The notes under the pieces are model-generated. The model did not search any database. It saw nothing but the letters and a program-made list of their open reading frames with translations, and was not told where the DNA came from. The position numbers and the translations under genes were made by a program. Shown piece by piece: positions 34,753 to 39,503 of a DNA stretch of 39,503 bases (positions within the stretch are counted from its first letter, which is position 1; each line of letters opens with the position of its first letter). The stretch comes from an uncultured Planctomycetaceae bacterium (lineage in GTDB: Bacteria; Planctomycetota; Planctomycetia; Pirellulales; Thermoguttaceae), in the NCBI GenBank assembly GCA_964599445.1, contig CAZRGJ010000001.1, positions 1 through 39,503 on the forward strand, read 5' to 3'.

Positions 34753-36531
34753 TTAGTCAGCGATGACGTCTTTCAGCTCTTCTTTGAGCAGTTCCAGAGC
34801 TTTCGGTCCGACCTTGGCATCCACGACGAGATTGAAGCGCATTTCGCTCGTGTTGATCATCGCGACATTGAGTCCGCCGTCAGCCAGAGCCTTCAGGATC
34901 CGCGCCGCGATCATCGTATGGCTGCGCATTCCCGTTCCGCTGAGCGAGATCTTCGCGACCGGCGGGCAGGTCTCGGAAGCCGTGCAGCCAAGTTCCTGCG
35001 CCAGTTCTTTCGCCACTTTCAGAGCGGCATCCGCGCAGCTGCGTTCCACCGTGAAGGTCAGATTCGTGAATTTGTCGCCGGGACTCTGGACGATCATATC
35101 CACGATGATCCCTGCTTCCGTCACGGATTTGAAGACGCGGGCAGCATTCCCCGGTTCCTGCGGCAGACCGTACAGCGTGACGCTCGCCTGCGTTTCGTCG
35201 AGCATGACCGATTCAATGAGGACGTCTTCCATGTGCTTCAGACGATTGATCAGACGGATCTTCTCGTCATCCGAGATCATTTCCGGCTTCACCAGCGGTT
35301 TGACGTCCGACGGAACACTTCCAAGATCGAAAGCGTCGTGGACCGCACGGATCGCTTCCGCGCCCTGCTCTTTGTCGACGAGGACCGAGACTTTGATCTC
35401 ACTGGTCGAGATCATCTGAATGTTGATGTTGCGCGCGGCAAGCGTCTCGAACATTTTTTCCGCCACGCCGACCTGACGTTCCATGCCGAGTCCCACGATG
35501 GAGACTTTGCAGAGATTATTGTCGTAGGAGAAGGACTCGAACGCATCCGGAATGCTGTTTTTCACTTCATCCAGAGCCTTGAGCGTCGTGGAGAGTTCCG
35601 TTGCCGGAATGGTGAAGGAGATCTCCGCCTTGCCGTTCGTGCCGACATTCTGGACGATCATGTCCATGGCGATCTGATGATTCGCGATCGGGAGGAAAAT
35701 GCGGTCCGCCATTCCCGGTACATCCGGAACGCCGCAGATGGAGAAACGCACTTCGTCTTTCGCGATCGCCGCGCCGCAGACCGGACGCACCATCGATTCC
35801 GGTTCCGCCACGATCATCGTTCCCGGCTCGTCGCTGTAGGCGGCGCGAACGTGGATCGGGACCTCAAAATTCTTCGCGAATTCGATCGAACGGCTGTGCA
35901 TGACGCCGGCGCCAAGACTCGCCATTTCGAGCATTTCATCGTAGCTGATCTGCTTCACACGGCGGGCTTTCGGAACGACGCGCGGGTCGGCCGTGTAGAC
36001 GCCGTCCACGTCCGTGTAGATCTCGCACGATTCCGCGTTCAGGACCGCAGCCAGCGCGACGGCCGTCGTGTCGCTTCCGCCGCGTCCGAGCGTCGTGATG
36101 TTGTAGTTGTCGTCCACGCCCTGGAAACCGGCCGCGATGACGATATTTCCGTCATTCAAAGCCTTGCGGATCCGGTCCGTCGAAATGGATTCAATGCGCG
36201 CTTTCATGAACGAATTGTTCGTCTTGATCCCGATCTGCGCCCCGGTCATGCTGACCGCTTTGTATCCGAGATGCTGGATCGCAATCGCGACCATGGCGAC
36301 GGAGACCTGCTCGCCCGTCGAGAGCAGCATGTCCATCTCGCGTGCCGGCGGATTTTCGTCGATCTCCTTCGCAAGCGCGATGAGTTTGTCCGTATTTTTG
36401 CCCATGGCGCTCACGACCATGACGACCTGATGACCTTCTTCCTGTGCGCGGATCGCTTTCCGGGCAGCTGCCAGGATCTTATTGCTGTCGGCGACGCTGG
36501 TTCCGCCGAATTTCTGAACGATGATCGACAT
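34753..36531 (-). CDS. lysC: Aspartate kinase with four ACT domains (long form)
   Basis: N-terminus MSIIVQKFGGTSVADSNKI, plus VVSAMG and GRGGSDTTAVALA. Two consecutive ACT pairs follow the kinase domain. 592 aa from ATG 36531. Confidence 0.93.
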   Translation of the reverse strand: MSIIVQKFGGTSVADSNKILAAARKAIRAQEEGHQVVMVVSAMGKNTDKLIALAKEIDENPPAREMDMLLSTGEQVSVAMVAIAIQHLGYKAVSMTGAQIGIKTNNSFMKARIESISTDRIRKALNDGNIVIAAGFQGVDDNYNITTLGRGGSDTTAVALAAVLNAESCEIYTDVDGVYTADPRVVPKARRVKQISYDEMLEMASLGAGVMHSRSIEFAKNFEVPIHVRAAYSDEPGTMIVAEPESMVRPVCGAAIAKDEVRFSICGVPDVPGMADRIFLPIANHQIAMDMIVQNVGTNGKAEISFTIPATELSTTLKALDEVKNSIPDAFESFSYDNNLCKVSIVGLGMERQVGVAEKMFETLAARNINIQMISTSEIKVSVLVDKEQGAEAIRAVHDAFDLGSVPSDVKPLVKPEMISDDEKIRLINRLKHMEDVLIESVMLDETQASVTLYGLPQEPGNAARVFKSVTEAGIIVDMIVQSPGDKFTNLTFTVERSCADAALKVAKELAQELGCTASETCPPVAKISLSGTGMRSHTMIAARILKALADGGLNVAMINTSEMRFNLVVDAKVGPKALELLKEELKDVIAD

Positions 36532-36596
36532 TTTTTTCGCTTTTCTTTGGGTTCTGGTAGTTTTTAGGGGATGAAAAAATAAAAACATACGCATTC

Positions 36597-36625
36597 ATTC
36601 TAGCACAATCTGCGCCGATTGTCAA
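36597..36625 (-). promoter_or_regulatory. Near-consensus sigma70-like promoter for lysC
   Basis: On the minus strand: TTGACA (36625..36620), a 17-nt spacer, then TAGAAT (36602..36597) with an extended -10 TGc. It lies ~60 nt upstream of the lysC ATG. Confidence 0.65.
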
Positions 36626-36767
36626 GGAATGGAACGCACGAAAAAAAGAAAATTTCCCTTTTTTTGTCAAAATGAAAGTCCGCCGGAAGACGCCATAAAA
36701 AATGGGAGTCCCATCGAATACAGGACCCCCGAGATCTCGTTTTCATTCAGCTATTTTGTTTGTCGGT

Positions 36768-37622
36768 TTACCCGTGGGCTTCCTGGAGCAGTTCGCCGAA
36801 TTCGACGAGCGACTGTGCCGTGATGTCGGGCTGCGGGTCATTTCCGAGTGCCGTTTCGAGCGTCGTTTCGCCCGTCAGGACCAGGACGCCCAGCGCACCG
36901 GCATTCCGGGCCATCGCGATGTCCGTGTAGATGCGGTCCCCCGCCATCGCGATCTCGTCGCTCTTCAGACCGTACCGTTCCACGATACCGTCGAGCATTT
37001 TGGGATCCGGTTTCCCCATCATGATGTCCGGCCTGCGGCCCGTCGCGGCTTCGAGACACGCACAGAGCGACCCGCAGTCCACCAGAACCGTCGGCAGATC
37101 CGTCGGACAGACGAAATCGGGATTCGTCGCGAAATACGGCTTCTTTTTGCTGATCCACCATGCCGCACGGCAGAGTTTCGAGTACGTCAGTTCCGTATCG
37201 AACGCCACGACCACGGCATCCGGTTCGTCGTTCGGATCTTCGGACGCCATGGTGAATCCGGCCGCCTCAAACTCTGAAATCATGCTTTTCGTGCCGAGAA
37301 TGAAGAGATGCTTCGCTTCCGGTTTCGTTTTCTGGATCATCTGGATCGTCGCGACGGCCGTGTTGAACATTTCCTCGCGTTCGGCCGGGATCCCCATGTT
37401 GTGGAGCTTGGCGAGATAGTCCGCCATACTGCGCGACGGATTATTGGTCAGAAATGAGTAGCCGATCCCCATTTCCTTCAGACCGTTCAGAAACGCGAGC
37501 GTGAAGGGAAAGAGTTTCGCGCCGAGATAGATCGTTCCATCCATATCGAGCGCAACGTGACGGATTTTGCGGACCTTTTCCAAAAGTTCCGCGTGCGTAA
37601 AGGGGGAATAGTATTTCTGCAT
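36768..37622 (-). CDS. HAD-superfamily hydrolase, subfamily IIA (NagD-like sugar phosphatase)
   Basis: Motif I ALDMDGTIY, then SFLTNNPSRS. C-terminal GDRIYTDIAMARNAG (motif IV). 284 aa. Confidence 0.85.
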   Translation of the reverse strand: MQKYYSPFTHAELLEKVRKIRHVALDMDGTIYLGAKLFPFTLAFLNGLKEMGIGYSFLTNNPSRSMADYLAKLHNMGIPAEREEMFNTAVATIQMIQKTKPEAKHLFILGTKSMISEFEAAGFTMASEDPNDEPDAVVVAFDTELTYSKLCRAAWWISKKKPYFATNPDFVCPTDLPTVLVDCGSLCACLEAATGRRPDIMMGKPDPKMLDGIVERYGLKSDEIAMAGDRIYTDIAMARNAGALGVLVLTGETTLETALGNDPQPDITAQSLVEFGELLQEAHG

Positions 37623-37715
37623 GATTCAAAAACGGGTTCTGGTTGAAATTAAAAAAAGGTTTTGGAGGCATCTTGCGGTTCAAAATGCCTCCATCCGAAA
37701 AGGTTTCGAGACCGG

Positions 37716-37751
37716 GTCACTCTTCATCGCCGAGTCACTCTTCATCGCCGA
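37716..37751 (-). repeat. Perfect 18-bp tandem duplication spanning the MFS transporter stop codon
   Basis: gtcactcttcatcgccga occurs twice on the plus strand. On the coding strand it reads L-G-D-E-E-stop, then L-G-D-E-E-stop in frame. Confidence 0.9.
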
Positions 37752-39201
37752 GTCGGGCGTACCCGTCGCTCGGTGCGTTCCACATGAGGAGGAAGATTGC
37801 CATTCCGATGAGCGAAATGGCCACCATCAGGACGTAGATCAGGTTCCAGCCGACGTGTTGTGCCATGGCTCCGACGCCGACGCCGGAAACGATGACGCTT
37901 GCGTAGCCGAACAGACCGGTGAATCCGTTTGCGGTAGCTGCGGCGCGTTTGGTCGCCTGATTTGCCGCGGCGATGCCGATCAGTGCCTGCGGTCCATAAA
38001 TGCAGAATCCGGCTCCGCAGAGCGGGAAACAGAGCATCCAGTGCGGGACATTGGACGGCATGAGCCAGAAGAGCAGAACGAACAGCGCACTGCCTGCCAT
38101 GCAGATGACGCACGTGCGGTGTGCACGCCCTTTCAGGACCGCGTCGGTCATCCAGCCGAAGAAGAGCATTCCGAGAATTCCGAAGATCTCAAACGCGGCG
38201 ACGAGCCAGCCGGCGTGAACGAGCGAGACGTGTTTCGATTCGCTCAACAGCGTCGGCCCCCAGTCCAAAACTGAGAAACGGACGACGTAAACGAAGAAGT
38301 TCGCCAGCCCGAGGATCCAGATGAAACGGTTCCAGAAAACGGCTTTCCGCAGGAAGGAACGGGAGGGACCCGCCCCGGGATCCACCGCGGCTTTTCCGGT
38401 TCCGGGGAGTTCCGGAAGACCGACCGACGTCGGCGTGTCGCGCAGTGCGAGCCAGAGTCCGACCGCACCGAGGAAAGAGAATCCCGCCGGGATCCAGAAG
38501 CAGTACCGCCACGCACCGGTCCCGAAACCCATGCCGTTCTGGAAATTGGCCCAAATGTCGTTCGGGATGATCTCCGGATTGGGTTTTCCGCCAATGACGG
38601 ACTGCCCCATGATGTACCCGCACATCACGACGACGATGAACGCGCCGATCGAGTGCGAGGTGTTCCAGACGGACATTTTCGTCGCGAGTTCCTTCGGCGG
38701 GATCCAGTGCGTCAGAAGCCGGGCACACGGCGGGAAGCCGGACCCCTGGAAAAAGCCGTTCAGGACCCAGAGTGCTCCCATGACGGCCGCCATGCACGCG
38801 ATGAATTTTTCGCCGCTGGAAACTCCCGTAATGGCCTGCGCGATCTCCGGCGCGAAACCGAACAGAACGCTCACCGTCGTGCAGCAGAGAAGCCCGAGCG
38901 TCATCAGCACACGCGCATTGCATCGGTCGGCGATCATGCCGTAGCCGAAACGGGAGACTCCATAAACCAGACCATTCAGTGTGAGGAAGATCCCCAGACT
39001 CGTTTTGGAGATCCCCATCTCTGCTTCAAGTCCCGGCATGGCGAGCGAAAAGTTCTTGCGGAGAAAATAAAAAAGCGCATAGCCGATCATCGTCGCGAAG
39101 ATCGTGCGCATCTGCCAGGTCCAGAAACGTTTCCGGATCTCAGGGGCCCACTGGTCCATCGATTCTGCTGCTGGCGGGTTTTGAGTCATTTCTGCTGACA
39201 T
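37735..39201 (-). CDS. MFS transporter, organophosphate:phosphate antiporter family (GlpT/UhpC-like)
   Basis: 488 aa. The N-terminal segment FATMIGYALFYFLRKNFSLAMPGLEAEMGISKTSLGIFLTLNGLVYGVSRFGYGMIADR is typical of GlpT/UhpC. About 12 hydrophobic helices. Confidence 0.87.
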   Translation of the reverse strand: MSAEMTQNPPAAESMDQWAPEIRKRFWTWQMRTIFATMIGYALFYFLRKNFSLAMPGLEAEMGISKTSLGIFLTLNGLVYGVSRFGYGMIADRCNARVLMTLGLLCCTTVSVLFGFAPEIAQAITGVSSGEKFIACMAAVMGALWVLNGFFQGSGFPPCARLLTHWIPPKELATKMSVWNTSHSIGAFIVVVMCGYIMGQSVIGGKPNPEIIPNDIWANFQNGMGFGTGAWRYCFWIPAGFSFLGAVGLWLALRDTPTSVGLPELPGTGKAAVDPGAGPSRSFLRKAVFWNRFIWILGLANFFVYVVRFSVLDWGPTLLSESKHVSLVHAGWLVAAFEIFGILGMLFFGWMTDAVLKGRAHRTCVICMAGSALFVLLFWLMPSNVPHWMLCFPLCGAGFCIYGPQALIGIAAANQATKRAAATANGFTGLFGYASVIVSGVGVGAMAQHVGWNLIYVLMVAISLIGMAIFLLMWNAPSDGYARLGDEE

Positions 39202-39323
39202 TTTGGAGTCCTTTTCGGAATTTTTATGAAATCAGCGGGAAGTTCCGAATGTTCTCGAAACTTCCCGGCACTGGTCAATACGCAGGAGAAAGTATTTCGT
39301 CGTGAAACGTTCCGCTTTCGTCC

Positions 39324-39503
39324 TTACTTTTTCAGGAACTGGTCGGCAAAGCGAATGTACTGCGTCCAGTCGTAGGATTTGACGTCATGTCCGCCGGTCC
39401 GGATATGGTATCCCATCTTTTTGCCGAATACCGGCTGGTCGACGGCGGGCTGGGCAGGTTCGGAGAGTCCGTCAAACGGTTTCTCGCCGTAGAGTTCGTA
39501 GAC
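39324..39503 (-). CDS. C-terminal fragment of an alpha/beta-hydrolase-like (esterase) protein; continues beyond the window
   Basis: My own translation of the minus strand gives VYELYGEKPFDGLSEPAQPAVDQPVFGKKMGYHIRTGGHDVKSYDWTQYIRFADQFLKK-stop. The G-G-H-D near the C-terminus resembles the catalytic-His region of esterases found in PVC bacteria. The family call is tentative. Confidence 0.4.
   Translation of the reverse strand, partial: VYELYGEKPFDGLSEPAQPAVDQPVFGKKMGYHIRTGGHDVKSYDWTQYIRFADQFLKK

Noticed and set aside
34510-36567. 685-aa plus-strand ORF opposite lysC
   Set aside because: It is antisense to a clear aspartate kinase gene. It is Arg/Asp/His-rich with no motifs.
36532-36625. Lysine riboswitch (L-box) upstream of lysC
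   Set aside because: The distance from the predicted -10 to the ATG is only ~60 nt, far too short for an L-box aptamer of roughly 180 nt. I saw no conserved L-box helices.
1-39503. Apparent abundance of GGATCC / GATC sites
   Set aside because: I noticed this by eye, but I cannot compute expected frequencies here. In a ~60% GC genome with frequent GAT-CCG, CGG-ATC and GGA-TCC codon pairs it may be purely compositional.
1-39503. Search for tRNA, rRNA, tmRNA, integrase, toxin-antitoxin pairs and cas genes
   Set aside because: No intergenic segment shows tRNA-like T-arm (GGTTCGAATCC-type) or rRNA-like sequences. No small paired ORFs or recombinase motifs were seen.

Overview
High-GC (about 60% by eye) chromosomal segment, most likely from a PVC-superphylum bacterium (Lentisphaerae, Verrucomicrobia or Planctomycetes-like). 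The lineage markers are a DUF1559 'H-X9-DG' pseudopilin-like protein, a giant PEP-CTERM beta-helix protein and a Tat-signal Gfo/Idh/MocA oxidoreductase. I support 27 complete protein genes plus one partial gene at the right edge. Most are housekeeping or metabolic: glgB, proB, hemE, thyX, mtaB, class II DAHP synthase, GDP-mannose pyrophosphorylase, aspartate aminotransferase, a 4-ACT aspartokinase, a HAD-IIA phosphatase and an OPA-family MFS transporter. The rest are secreted or glycan-related proteins (GH123-like/DUF4091, GH16, a metzincin-like peptidase), an ECF sigma/anti-sigma pair and a divergent MoxR/DUF58 pair. I found no rRNA, tRNA, CRISPR array, integrase or transposase. Non-coding features are a clear guanidine-II (mini-ykkC) riboswitch with a near-consensus promoter upstream of an SMR/Gdx exporter, several rho-independent terminators and sigma70-like promoters, a dispersed ~92-nt intergenic element (at least 4 copies), several short perfect tandem duplications (two span stop codons, one sits inside moxR) and a 13-bp tandem repeat in a 3' UTR. 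I cannot point to a convincing multi-gene novel system. The best leads are: (i) a ~1.1-kb low-GC single-gene island encoding a degenerate DUF262/ParB-like protein; (ii) the ECF sigma / anti-sigma / unknown secreted protein / uncharacterised metallopeptidase cluster; (iii) a MoxR ATPase with a repeat-containing insertion, next to an intergenic array of GAAATTTC palindromes. All family assignments come from motif recognition by eye, not from database searches.
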